Source of the DNA: Patescibacteria group bacterium | GTDB lineage: Bacteria > Patescibacteriota > WWE3 > UBA101185 > UBA10185 | Direction of reading: 5' to 3' | DNA: 49,918 bases | NCBI GenBank assembly: GCA_032117075.1 | Contig: JAUMAA010000003.1 | Span: 107,574-157,491 of the forward strand | Notes under the pieces: model-generated | The model's database searches: none | What the model was told of the DNA's origin: nothing | What the model saw: only the letters and a program-made list of their open reading frames with translations | Part shown: piece by piece, positions 1 to 9,297 of the stretch | Numbering within the stretch: the stretch's first letter is position 1 | Layout of the letters: the number at the start of each line of letters is the position of its first letter | Translations under genes and position numbers: made by a program

Positions 1-309
1 AAGTTTTTCTATTACAATCAAATATTTTAAAAAAGATCTTAAACAAACTAAAAAAGATTTCTGGGTTGCAAATTTATAATTTTCATTAAACTTACCCTTA
101 GCTGGTTTTCTATTTAAATAAATTCTATATTTTTTTAAATTATCAGAATTAATATCGCTTAAGGTAACTCGATCTCTTTTTAAAAGCTTAACTAAAAAAT
201 TTCTGAAGTCAGCTAAGTAAAAGTCATACATTTTAATGGTATTGGGAGAAAGGTTTCTATCTATTTCACAATGTTCAAGAAATTTCACAATATAGTTTGT
301 TAAGTCCAT
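1..309 (-). CDS. Xer-family tyrosine recombinase, N-terminal part (runs off the window edge)
   Basis: Not in the ORF track. Hand translation from ATG 309: MDLTNYIVKFLEHCEIDRNLSPNTIKMYDFYLADFRNFL...NLKKYRIYLNR...ATQKSFLVCLRSFLKYL, which matches the XerC/XerD core-binding domain pattern (LSxNTxxxY, LRSFxKYL). An extended -10 (TGcTATTAT) lies 7 nt before the ATG. XerC versus XerD cannot be decided. Confidence 0.88.
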   Translation of the reverse strand, partial: MDLTNYIVKFLEHCEIDRNLSPNTIKMYDFYLADFRNFLVKLLKRDRVTLSDINSDNLKKYRIYLNRKPAKGKFNENYKFATQKSFLVCLRSFLKYLIVIEKL

Positions 310-588
310 ATACATAATAATAGCACCTCATAAAATGACCTGTGAGCGATTATAAATTTAAAGTTGATTAGTTTATCATTTATAAAAAAATTTAATTAAC
401 GAACGAATATGCAAGAAATAATTTTAAAATTTTAAAAACAGTTAAAAAAAGATAAAAGAAGAGAAAAGAACAAAAAATAGAGTAGAAAGGGAAATTAAAA
501 GATAAAAGTAAAAATAAATTCCAGATAAATAAAAATAAATAGAAAAGAGAAAAATAAATAAAAATAAATAAAATTCGAAATATACAAA

Positions 589-616
589 ATGTCGTATAAT
601 GTATGTTTAACGACAT
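589..616. other. Putative dif-like site-specific recombination site
   Basis: ATGTCGTATAA-TGTATG-TTTAACGACAT: 11-6-11 layout with arms inverted at 9/11 positions. The spacer matches E. coli dif TGTATA at 5/6. It lies upstream of the xer gene. Confidence 0.75.
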
Positions 617-900
617 ATAAGGTATAGGAAATAAAAAGAGCCTAAATCTCTTGGAAGAGTGGTGAGGTTAATTCCGCAAAATTCCCTAAGCAAGTTAATT
701 AGCAATTAATAATAAAAAATAAAAACACTAAATTGAAATTAAATCGTATTTAATTCAGATTTAATTCTATTTTTATTCATTTTAATCACTAAATGTGCAG
801 GAAATGTTTTCCACATTCGGTAATTAAAAAAATTATGACAAACCTCCAATTTAAAATTATGACAAATATCCTGGCACTCTTCTCCACTTCATGATAACTT

Positions 901-908
901 CCCTGCCC
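901..908 (-). other. KOPS-like octamer GGGCAGGG oriented toward the dif-like site
   Basis: Plus-strand CCCTGCCC in AT-rich intergenic DNA matches GGGNAGGG on the minus strand. Confidence 0.35.
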
Positions 909-931
909 TTTCTTTGGGTTTTGTAGGTGTT

Positions 932-1717
932 TTAAGGCTTAAATGCAATCAAAACTAATAAAAAGAATGAGCTAATTACTACATATTGAATAATTAATTT
1001 CTTATTTAATGAGTTATCTACATAATTTCTTGCATAACTTACCATCGACATATACACGGAGGTAATGAATGTAGCTCTAAAGAAGGATTCAGCAGAAATA
1101 AAACTAGTAGCTACTGAAGCAATCACAGGAAGATAGACCATTTGAAAAATCAAAAGAATATACTCCCTATTACTTACACTATCCCTTTTTGAGATCAGAT
1201 AAGAATGTAAATATACATAACTGGAGGTGAGTAAATAAATAAAGATAAATAAACTATGGATGTAAAACTTAAAATTAAATTTGTAAATGACTGTAATAAA
1301 AGGTATGGTTAGTACTATGAGTAATATTTGTAACCATACCTGACCGACCCTAAATAGAGGGAGCGAGGTATCCTCTACTTTCTCAGCAATAATTAAATTA
1401 TTAATAAGTAAACTCAAATAAAATAAAGCACCTGAAAAAAACATTAGTAGATATTTGAATAAAAATGAAAGATTTGGAAAAAAAATTAAACCCATGATAG
1501 TTGAAGAAAGTATTACTAATGGAAGAAATGAGATGATTATCAGGTCTCTAAACTTAAATCCAGGATACAAAGCTACCAAGTTTATTATAAAGACAACAAA
1601 AAGTGCTATTCCAAGAAACAAATATTTATCTAATTTTACGAAGTCAAAAAGTAAAATGCCAAATTGATAAAATATAAATGCAAATAAAAATTTAGTTCTT
1701 CTAGAAATACTACTCAT
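932..1717 (-). CDS. Multi-pass membrane protein of unknown function
   Basis: 261-aa ORF with about 8 hydrophobic segments; its start overlaps the ruvC stop. Confidence 0.75.
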   Translation of the reverse strand: MSSISRRTKFLFAFIFYQFGILLFDFVKLDKYLFLGIALFVVFIINLVALYPGFKFRDLIIISFLPLVILSSTIMGLIFFPNLSFLFKYLLMFFSGALFYLSLLINNLIIAEKVEDTSLPLFRVGQVWLQILLIVLTIPFITVIYKFNFKFYIHSLFIFIYLLTSSYVYLHSYLISKRDSVSNREYILLIFQMVYLPVIASVATSFISAESFFRATFITSVYMSMVSYARNYVDNSLNKKLIIQYVVISSFFLLVLIAFKP

Positions 1718-2193
1718 TTTATTAACTCTTTATGTATGTGACATAAAGAAATAGCTACCGCATCACTTGCATCATCAGGTTTAATTATCTTTTCAAGATT
1801 AAAATAGTTTTTTACTGCTTCCTGAACCTCTTTTTTAGTCGACCTACCATAACCTGTTACAACTAGTTTAGCTTGCAAAGCAGTATACTCAAAAATATCT
1901 AGTTTATGTTTTGCAGCTGCCATTAAAAGCACCCCTCTTGCCTGCCCTACTGCAATTGCTGTTTTGATATTGGTATTAAAAAATAACTTCTCAATAACCA
2001 AACACTGAGGATTTGTTTCAGCAATTTTATCGTCTATTAGTTTGTGTAGAATTAAAAGTCTATCTGCAATAGAAAACTCTGGAGATGTTTCAAAGGTGGA
2101 TGCCTCTAGTATAACTGGTTTTTCCCCGTCATTATAATCAAGTAAGCAAAAACCAGTTGTTGCAGTTCCAGGATCAATTCCTAAGATTTTCAT
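1714..2193 (-). CDS. ruvC: Holliday junction resolvase RuvC
   Basis: ILGIDPG, IEKLFF, GQARGV, YTALQAK..VTGYG and DDASDAVAI motifs; next to yebC. Confidence 0.97.
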   Translation of the reverse strand: MKILGIDPGTATTGFCLLDYNDGEKPVILEASTFETSPEFSIADRLLILHKLIDDKIAETNPQCLVIEKLFFNTNIKTAIAVGQARGVLLMAAAKHKLDIFEYTALQAKLVVTGYGRSTKKEVQEAVKNYFNLEKIIKPDDASDAVAISLCHIHKELIK

Positions 2194-2216
2194 ATTTAAA
2201 ATATTAACACGAATAA

Positions 2217-2765
2217 CTACTCTTCCCCACCTTCATCTTCATAATTTGTGTAGAATTCTATTACATCATCGCTTTCATCCAGAAAATTTATTATATTTTC
2301 AACCATTTCTATGTTTCCTGAACTGAGCTTTACTTTAAAAATTGGGTTATTGAGGTCGTTTCCGAAAATGTAGGAAGCTGATCCAACAGTTCCCATTGAA
2401 CCACCATTTTTAGAAAAAATTGTTCTCAACTCAGCTACAGTTCTATTTTTATTATCTGTAACACATTCAATTAAAAATGCCCCTCCATCCGGACCAAATG
2501 CTTCATAATTTACCTCTTCGTAGCTTACACCCTCAAGCTCACCGGTTCCCTTTTTAATTGCTCGTTCGATGTTTTCTTTTGGCATTCTTGCTTCTTTAGC
2601 TTTTTCAATTAATAGTCTCAATTCTGGGTTGGCAACAGGGTCTCCCCCACCCCTTTTCGAGGAAACACTTATTAATTTGGCTAACTTTGTAAAAGACTGG
2701 GATTTTTTAAAATCCAATGCTTCTTTTTTTCTTCTGATATTTTTCCATTTAGAATGACCTGCCAT
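2217..2765 (-). CDS. yebC: YebC/PmpR family protein (short form)
   Basis: [37 protein letters not shown] and DDV..FYTN motifs; 182 aa, lacking the internal domain. Confidence 0.95.
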   Translation of the reverse strand: MAGHSKWKNIRRKKEALDFKKSQSFTKLAKLISVSSKRGGGDPVANPELRLLIEKAKEARMPKENIERAIKKGTGELEGVSYEEVNYEAFGPDGGAFLIECVTDNKNRTVAELRTIFSKNGGSMGTVGSASYIFGNDLNNPIFKVKLSSGNIEMVENIINFLDESDDVIEFYTNYEDEGGEE

Positions 2766-2846
2766 AATGGCAAAAATACCAAATTTTTAGAAAAAAATCT
2801 AGACAAAAGTATTGACTACCTCTAACAATTTGATAAATTTATGTTT

Positions 2847-3587
2847 ATGAGTTTAACTTTAAGTGAACTGCAAAAACTATCCATTAAAGCAGCATTAAAT
2901 AAAAATTGGAACGAAGCCATAGCTTTGAACCTTCAGATCCTTTCACAAGATGAGTCAAATCTTGATGCCAGACTAAGACTTGGGATTTCATACTTACAGC
3001 TTCAGGATTTTAAAAAAGCTAAAAAATACTACTCAGAAGTTTTAGAAATAGATCCAATTAATAAAATTGCTCTCGAAAAAATGAAATTTGTTAAGGAAAA
3101 GAAGATACAAGAATTTGTCGTTCCCAATACCGATAGATTACTTAAAGAACCTGGAAACTCAATTGAACTTACGGTTGAGATACTTACCAAAGGAATTACT
3201 TGCGACAAATTTAAATTTGGAGATAACCTTATTCTCAAAATTAAAGAAAAAACAGTTTCGGTCCATCGAGATGATGAAAAGCAATCTTTAGTTAACTATC
3301 TTTCAGATGCAATTGCTAAAGCTATATTGAAATCTATTTCCAAAAAAGGAGATGTTGATATTAAGTTTATTGGTGGAAAAGATAAAAAAATCAAAATACT
3401 AATTACTTCATCAATCTCAGTTTTCCCTTCCGAGAAACAGGATATTAGACCTTATGTTAAGTCATCAGATGATATGGATGCTCCAGAAATGGGTGAAATT
3501 ATTACAGATACAGATGAAAAAATAAAAGAAACAGAAGAAACAGAAACTCCTGAGGAGGAAGAATCCGGTTCTGAAAAAGAAGAGTAA
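2847..3587 (+). CDS. Tetratricopeptide-repeat protein with acidic C-terminal tail
   Basis: N-terminal TPR-like helices (ARLRLGISY..AKKYYSEVLEIDP) and an E-rich tail. ATG 2847 is preferred to 2841 because it lies 7 nt after TTGACT-16-TAAATT. Confidence 0.8.
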   Translation: MSLTLSELQKLSIKAALNKNWNEAIALNLQILSQDESNLDARLRLGISYLQLQDFKKAKKYYSEVLEIDPINKIALEKMKFVKEKKIQEFVVPNTDRLLKEPGNSIELTVEILTKGITCDKFKFGDNLILKIKEKTVSVHRDDEKQSLVNYLSDAIAKAILKSISKKGDVDIKFIGGKDKKIKILITSSISVFPSEKQDIRPYVKSSDDMDAPEMGEIITDTDEKIKETEETETPEEEESGSEKEE

Positions 3588-3648
3588 AAAACTCCAAAAT
3601 AATTTCTTTTTTCAAATTAAAAAGACATTTTTCAAATTATAAAGCCAA

Positions 3649-4356
3649 CTATAAAAGATCTTCGTCTGAAAAATCTACTCTTTCTGTTTTTTTAGGAGTT
3701 TCAATTTGAATAGTTTCATTTAAAGCTGGTTTATTATCTTTTGTTTCAGTCTTCATTTGAGGAGCTCTTCTTATTTCAATAGGTTTAATTTTCTTAGATG
3801 GCAAGTTCACCCCTGACTGAGTTGCTAATTTATCAATGGCAGCAAAATCGGATCCGTTATCTGTCTCTGGGATAACTACCAACACTTCATCCCCTTGCTT
3901 CAAGTTCCTAAACTCGACAGCAGATTTAGAAAGTTGATATGATTTATTATTTTCTAGTAAAACAAAATACCTACCATCCTTTTTAGATAAGGTTCCCTTT
4001 ACTTTTTTTCGTGGAATCTTATTGAAAATAACATACTTATCTACATTTTCTTCTTGGTATCTCTTTAATTCATCACCTACAATTAATAATGACTTTGCTG
4101 CATAGTTTTTAGGTACCTCATATTTAACACCAGATTGAGTTACAAGGTACTCACCATCAAAAACACCTAACTCACCAGGCATGTCTCTTGAAGGAGAGTA
4201 CTGAGCTCTTTGTGCCTCATTAATGATGTTTTCAACACTGTCTAATCTTTTCCTAGCTACTCTTATATGCTCCAAAATGGTTTCTAGAGTTTTCTTTGGT
4301 AAATTCAAACTCTCTAATTTAATTTGTATATTTTTATCAATTGGTTTATTATTCAT
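3649..4356 (-). CDS. Conserved hypothetical protein
   Basis: 235-aa ORF. The GVFDG..YEVPKNYAAKSLLIVGD segment resembles a CPR-conserved uncharacterised family (recollection, not searched). Confidence 0.7.
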   Translation of the reverse strand: MNNKPIDKNIQIKLESLNLPKKTLETILEHIRVARKRLDSVENIINEAQRAQYSPSRDMPGELGVFDGEYLVTQSGVKYEVPKNYAAKSLLIVGDELKRYQEENVDKYVIFNKIPRKKVKGTLSKKDGRYFVLLENNKSYQLSKSAVEFRNLKQGDEVLVVIPETDNGSDFAAIDKLATQSGVNLPSKKIKPIEIRRAPQMKTETKDNKPALNETIQIETPKKTERVDFSDEDLL

Positions 4357-4368
4357 ACATTAATTATA

Positions 4369-6780
4369 CTATTTTTTCTCTTTCAGGTCATTTAATACTT
4401 TTTTAAAATCAGTAGATATCCACTTCTCCACTCTTGAGTCAACAACAACTCTATCAGATCCGTATGTATTTCTTGAAAATTCTATAATCTTTTCTCTGTT
4501 TCCTGTTTTTTGATACCTTAACCAAGGCTTAATAATTTCAGCAGTAAATGGTTTAGTTGAGGTACCATCTACAATCATTTTAGTAATAATATTAAAATTT
4601 GGTAAATTTTGAATATCAACTTCATCATAATAAGGTGCGAATACTTCTCTCATAACCGAGGCATCCCTTGACCCTAAGGAATAAGTGACTATTGTTCCTA
4701 CATTTCCAATTACAGCAGCCTTCATAGTATCTGATAACTGTTCAATAAATTGATGAGTTAAATACAAACCTAAACCATATTTTCTAGACTCAGAAAGAAT
4801 GGATTGAAATGTATCAGTTGTAAAATTCTGAAACTCGTCAATGTATAGATAGAAAGGAGATCGTTCTTCATTAGGTATATTTGCCCTCTTTAGAACAGTT
4901 GACTGAATTTTGGAAACAATTAATGAACCGAAAAGATTCTTCACATCATCCCCTAACATTCCTTTAGATAAATTGAATAGGAATATTTTTTTAGAACTCA
5001 TAATGTCACTAAAATTTATTGTAGAATTTCTTTGACACAAAATGTTTCTTATTATTTGAATTGTCTCAAAAGGACCTATTTTATTCTGAATTGGAGAGAT
5101 ACTTTCTGTTTTAAGTTTATTGTTTGATTTAAACTCTGCAAATTCTTTATCAAAAAACTTCCTTAAAACTGGGTCTTTTAATTGTGAAACAATAAATTTT
5201 CTATAGTCGTCATCCTCTAAAACTCTCTTTATTCCAAGAACAGTAGTTCCTTCAACTGACATAATAGCTTTCACAGTATTTCTTAAAATATATTCAAGTC
5301 TAGGTCCCCAAGAATCTGCGAAAATAGATTTAAAAGCATTTACAATCTCTGCGGCAGCCCTATCGATTGACTCCCCTTCTTCGAGCTGCATAATATTAAT
5401 TCCAATGGGTCTATCAAAATCAGATGGATCAACTAGCACTACATCTTTAATTCTTTCTTCTGGAATGTAATCTAGAATATCTCTAATTAATTCTCCGTGA
5501 GGGTCAATCACACCGACTCCATTACCTTTTAAAATATCTTGAATTATCATATTTAAAAATAAAGATGATTTTCCTGTTCCGGTTTTTCCAATCATATACA
5601 TGTGCCTTAACCTGTCTGCACCCTCCTTGATTCCAAATTCTATTGATTTATTTCTGTAAGTAGCCTTACCAATATAGATGCAGTTATCTTTAGGTAAATC
5701 ATCAGGGATCTCGTTTTGTCTTATTGGGGCCCAATCAATATTAGGAATATCAACTGATGAACTCGGTAAATGGTAAATAGAGGCCAACTCCTCTGTGTTT
5801 AGAATATAAGTAGAATCAGTGTCCAACCTTCTATTTTGAAAGTCACTTAATAATTTTTTAGAATCTAACTCTTTTACTTCTACAAATGAATTTAAATTTG
5901 TTCTAGAAAACTGACTAAAAGTGGCAATGCAACTTCTATAATTCTGGTCAACATCAATAGGATTATTTGAAAAAGATATTATTCTAATAAAGGAATCAAA
6001 TCCTGACCTTGTTAGTTTATTTTCAATTCCAGAAACTGTAACTTCTTCAGACTGAGAAAGCGCTGAAATAACTTTTGCAGCTTTGGTATCTTTTTCTTGT
6101 ACTGCATTTGGATTTAAAATTCTACTTAAAATAAATCCTAAAATTTTTAATATAAATTTAATGAATCTAAAAAGAATAAATTCCTCTTTTTTATCGGAAA
6201 ATTCCTTTTTCTTTATTTTTGAAATAGCTTCATAACCATCCATTTGCCAGTTATCAGGTCTAGGTTTTGTCAAAATTTGAATTGCCAATCCTTCATCACC
6301 TTTAACTTGTGACAGGGAGGATGTTATTGCAGAAAGAGGATCTACCTCAAAATTTCTAAAAGTTAAAATAGGCAGGTAATCTTTTTTAAGTAAAGATATT
6401 CCGGAACCTTTTACTAATTGGTAGTTTGAAATCTCTTCAGAATAATCTGGAATTCTGGTAATTTGAGCCATTGGGTATTGAGCATAAATTTGAGATTCCA
6501 TATGAGATGCTAAAATCTCTGGACAAACAACAATAAATTTTATCTTTTCGTTTTTAACGAATATTTCAAATGAAAAATGATTAGCCTCGCCGTCTTCTTT
6601 AATTATTCCATGAATAACAGAAAATAATTGTTCAGCAGCAAGTGGGTCTGACTGAATAGAAACCTTATCGGAACCTGCTGAAGGTCTTACAACTTTTACC
6701 TCTAAAACAACTTTATTTCCAATATCATGCACAGTGTTTTTTGGTTTTAAAAATTGATCCAAAATTTTTATTAAATTCAT
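4369..6780 (-). CDS. VirD4/TraG-like (DUF87/HerA-FtsK superfamily) P-loop ATPase
   Basis: Walker A GKTGTGKS, VIDPHGEL, Walker B LYIDEFQNF and SESRKYGL..LTHQ; one hydrophobic segment in the N-terminal half; SD AAGGAG upstream. Confidence 0.88.
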   Translation of the reverse strand: MNLIKILDQFLKPKNTVHDIGNKVVLEVKVVRPSAGSDKVSIQSDPLAAEQLFSVIHGIIKEDGEANHFSFEIFVKNEKIKFIVVCPEILASHMESQIYAQYPMAQITRIPDYSEEISNYQLVKGSGISLLKKDYLPILTFRNFEVDPLSAITSSLSQVKGDEGLAIQILTKPRPDNWQMDGYEAISKIKKKEFSDKKEEFILFRFIKFILKILGFILSRILNPNAVQEKDTKAAKVISALSQSEEVTVSGIENKLTRSGFDSFIRIISFSNNPIDVDQNYRSCIATFSQFSRTNLNSFVEVKELDSKKLLSDFQNRRLDTDSTYILNTEELASIYHLPSSSVDIPNIDWAPIRQNEIPDDLPKDNCIYIGKATYRNKSIEFGIKEGADRLRHMYMIGKTGTGKSSLFLNMIIQDILKGNGVGVIDPHGELIRDILDYIPEERIKDVVLVDPSDFDRPIGINIMQLEEGESIDRAAAEIVNAFKSIFADSWGPRLEYILRNTVKAIMSVEGTTVLGIKRVLEDDDYRKFIVSQLKDPVLRKFFDKEFAEFKSNNKLKTESISPIQNKIGPFETIQIIRNILCQRNSTINFSDIMSSKKIFLFNLSKGMLGDDVKNLFGSLIVSKIQSTVLKRANIPNEERSPFYLYIDEFQNFTTDTFQSILSESRKYGLGLYLTHQFIEQLSDTMKAAVIGNVGTIVTYSLGSRDASVMREVFAPYYDEVDIQNLPNFNIITKMIVDGTSTKPFTAEIIKPWLRYQKTGNREKIIEFSRNTYGSDRVVVDSRVEKWISTDFKKVLNDLKEKK

Positions 6781-6814
6781 ATCTCCTTAATTTTTTACCT
6801 CTCTAATACTATAT

Positions 6815-6851
6815 AAAATAAGCACGGCACCCCAAAATATGAGTGCCGTGC
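6815..6851 (-). terminator. Intrinsic terminator-like hairpin (possible attenuator)
   Basis: Minus strand GCACGGCACUC-loop-GGGUGCCGUGC (one G-U pair) followed by UUAUUUU. Confidence 0.65.
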
Positions 6852-6870
6852 GTGAGAGAGATATGACATT

Positions 6871-6899
6871 ATATTACCTTAAATCCTCTGAAATGTCAA
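6871..6899 (-). promoter_or_regulatory. Sigma70-type promoter for the VirD4-like gene leader
   Basis: TTGACA (6899-6894), 17-nt spacer, TAATAT (6876-6871), inside the 3' end of the upstream gene. Confidence 0.55.
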
Positions 6900-7845
6900 G
6901 TCCAAGCACAACAACTACATCTGATTTGATTAGTTCTGGATAATCTTGAAATTTAGAGGAACCCTCCTCAACTTTTATCATATTTTCAATATTTAAAACT
7001 TTAGATAGGTATGATGCGGTTTTTGAATCTTGTTTATAAAAAATAATAGATTTGGATTCGTTGGTATTCTTGGTTGTTAAATCAATGATTCTTCCACCTG
7101 AATTGGAAACATATCGTGACACCCTTTTTCCTAATCCATTAATTCCAGAAGCATTTACTAAGGATATTGAAAGCTTTTCTTCTGCTATTTCAGAATCTAT
7201 ATAAATTTGCTTTAACTCTTTATCTAGGTCAAAAATAGAAGTAATCTTGGTTACTTTCTTATTTTCAACAGGTATATCTTTCGAGTAGGAGTACATTAAA
7301 AATGTATTTCTTATTCCTAAATTTTTTATATCTAGTAAGTCTCCCAACTCAGTAATTCTGATATTTCCTTCAACTGCTTTTCTATAAAAATCAAAATCAT
7401 TTGACCTAAAAACCATTGAATGATTTATAAGTAAACCATAATTTCTTTCAAAGTTTTTTACCAAATCTTCTTGTTTGAATTCTTTATCTTTAAAAGAAAA
7501 TTTTAAGGAACTTACTTTTTTTTCAAAGTAAAAATTTTCTTGATGAACATCTAACTCGTATGAAAATAATTTTTCATTACTTTTATCAAAAACAATTAAA
7601 GTTACTTCTAGAATATCGTTTAAGCTATTCTTTTTAACAAGTAGTAAATTGTATTTATCTGCATTTTTAAAATCCTTACCTACCCCACTCTTGGCAAGAG
7701 AAAAACTGTATTCTAAAATGTTTGACATGAATATTTGAGAAATAAAAAGTATAAGGACAATTGATAAGGTACTGTAAATTAAAAAAGACTTAATTTTTTT
7801 TACCAATTTTTTGGATTTTGTTTTGTAGGCAGTTCTTCTTCTCAT
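6874..7845 (-). CDS. LytR C-terminal domain-containing membrane protein (LCP-like)
   Basis: Basic N-terminus plus one TM helix; C-terminal ISLVNASGINGLG...DVVVVLGLD is typical of LytR_C. Confidence 0.75.
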   Translation of the reverse strand: MRRRTAYKTKSKKLVKKIKSFLIYSTLSIVLILFISQIFMSNILEYSFSLAKSGVGKDFKNADKYNLLLVKKNSLNDILEVTLIVFDKSNEKLFSYELDVHQENFYFEKKVSSLKFSFKDKEFKQEDLVKNFERNYGLLINHSMVFRSNDFDFYRKAVEGNIRITELGDLLDIKNLGIRNTFLMYSYSKDIPVENKKVTKITSIFDLDKELKQIYIDSEIAEEKLSISLVNASGINGLGKRVSRYVSNSGGRIIDLTTKNTNESKSIIFYKQDSKTASYLSKVLNIENMIKVEEGSSKFQDYPELIKSDVVVVLGLDISEDLR

Positions 7846-7853
7846 ACGAATAA

Positions 7854-8558
7854 TTACATAAATCTTGAAAATTCCTCCGGTGTTTCACACTCAAAAGAAA
7901 AATCTTCTCCATCCATACTATTAAATGTAACCGATTTTGAATGTAACATCAACCTATTTATTCCTATCTTTTCATACATTTCAGAATCTTTATGAGAAGA
8001 ATAGGTATTATCACCTAAAATTGGGAAACCGTAAGCAGCTAAATGCACTCTTATTTGATGAGTTCTTCCAGTTTTTGGGTAACATCTGAGAGATGTAAAG
8101 TTTAAATCACCTTCGGTAACAACTTTCTCCCTTTCAAAAAATGTTTGAGATTCCTTTTCCCCTCTTACTATGGCATATTTAAACCTACTCTTTGGATTTC
8201 TTCCTATGGGAGCATCAATTTCGAATCTCTCCTCCTCTACTTTACCAAGTACCACAGCCAAATACTCTTTCTTGATTTTTCTTTCTTTAAAAAGAGATTG
8301 TAAATAAGTAAAGTAAACCTCATTCTTGGCTACTAAAATAATACCTGAGGTAGCTTTATCAAGTCTATGTACAATTCCATTTCTCTTGTTATATTCACTT
8401 TCAGTGTCGTCATCTGAATCCATTTCTATATTTTCATCAAGATAGTCCTGAAGTGTTGAATCTTTAACCGTCTGAGATCTGTTTACAATCAGACCTGAAG
8501 GCTTATTAAACACTATAAAATTTTCGTTTTCAAAAACCACTTTGATTTGAGATTCCAT
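7854..8558 (-). CDS. RluA/RluD-family pseudouridine synthase (no S4 domain)
   Basis: NKPSGL, IVHRLDKATSG, TGRTHQIRVH, PILGD..Y and LMLH motifs. Confidence 0.95.
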   Translation of the reverse strand: MESQIKVVFENENFIVFNKPSGLIVNRSQTVKDSTLQDYLDENIEMDSDDDTESEYNKRNGIVHRLDKATSGIILVAKNEVYFTYLQSLFKERKIKKEYLAVVLGKVEEERFEIDAPIGRNPKSRFKYAIVRGEKESQTFFEREKVVTEGDLNFTSLRCYPKTGRTHQIRVHLAAYGFPILGDNTYSSHKDSEMYEKIGINRLMLHSKSVTFNSMDGEDFSFECETPEEFSRFM

Positions 8559-8561
8559 AAG

Positions 8562-8918
8562 TTAGAGATTATTTATTATATCAATTAATTCCTGCGGATT
8601 AACAGATGACTTTACAATGTACTTTTGGGCACCAAAAGTCTCAGCAGCATCAAGAACATCATTTCTATCAATAGATGAGAGGACTAAAACCTTCTTTTTA
8701 TTTAAGAAGCCTTTCTTTTTTGAATCCTTTAATATATCAAGACCATCCTTATTAGGAAGCATTATATCAACAATAAGGATATCAAAGTCTCCTTTTTCAA
8801 CTTTCTCCATCCCAGAGTCTCCGTCAAAGGCTACATCAACAATAAAAGAGTTATCTACTAAAATATTTTGATAAAGCTCAGAGATATCTTTGTCGTCCTC
8901 TATTAAAAGTATCTTCAT
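8562..8918 (-). CDS. Single-domain response regulator receiver
   Basis: ILLIEDD, IVDIMLP..DG, VLSS and YIVK; 118 aa with no output domain. Confidence 0.92.
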   Translation of the reverse strand: MKILLIEDDKDISELYQNILVDNSFIVDVAFDGDSGMEKVEKGDFDILIVDIMLPNKDGLDILKDSKKKGFLNKKKVLVLSSIDRNDVLDAAETFGAQKYIVKSSVNPQELIDIINNL

Positions 8919-9283
8919 AAAATATTTAGGTATTTCTTAACTTCAGTAATAAATTGAGCTGGATTCAATTCAGATTTAATAACATAACCATTTGATCCTA
9001 AATCCATTGATTTAGTTATAATGTCGTCATTGTTCAAATTACTAATAATTAAAATAGGGTTTTTAAATTTCTGTCTAATCTCTTCTAACACTCTTAATCC
9101 ATCAACTTGAGGTAGCATGATATCAAGCAACATCAAATCCCAAGATGACTCTTTAGCTAACCTTAGACCACTGACACCATCTGCTGCCTCCATAACATCA
9201 AAACCTTGATCTGTAAGTAAGTCTCTGTATAGTTCCCTTATATCATGTTCGTCCTCTACGATTAAAATTTTGAATTTTTCCAT
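8915..9283 (-). CDS. Single-domain response regulator receiver
   Basis: ILIVEDE, LLDIMLPQVDG, IISN and YVIK; 122 aa with no output domain. Confidence 0.93.
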   Translation of the reverse strand: MEKFKILIVEDEHDIRELYRDLLTDQGFDVMEAADGVSGLRLAKESSWDLMLLDIMLPQVDGLRVLEEIRQKFKNPILIISNLNNDDIITKSMDLGSNGYVIKSELNPAQFITEVKKYLNIL

Positions 9284-9297
9284 ATTATTATTCTAGT

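Noticed and set aside
392-616. 74-aa F/L/I-rich ORF as a membrane protein
   Set aside because: It is a by-product of the T-rich minus strand of the A-tract, and its ATG lies inside the dif-like arm.
586-619. Engineered loxP or vector contamination
   Set aside because: Only 23/34 identity; the changes keep the site's own symmetry (ATGTCGT/ACGACAT) and there is no vector sequence nearby.
4369-6780. Conjugative element or ICE
   Set aside because: No relaxase, mating-pair genes, att repeats or composition shift; the flanks are housekeeping-type genes.
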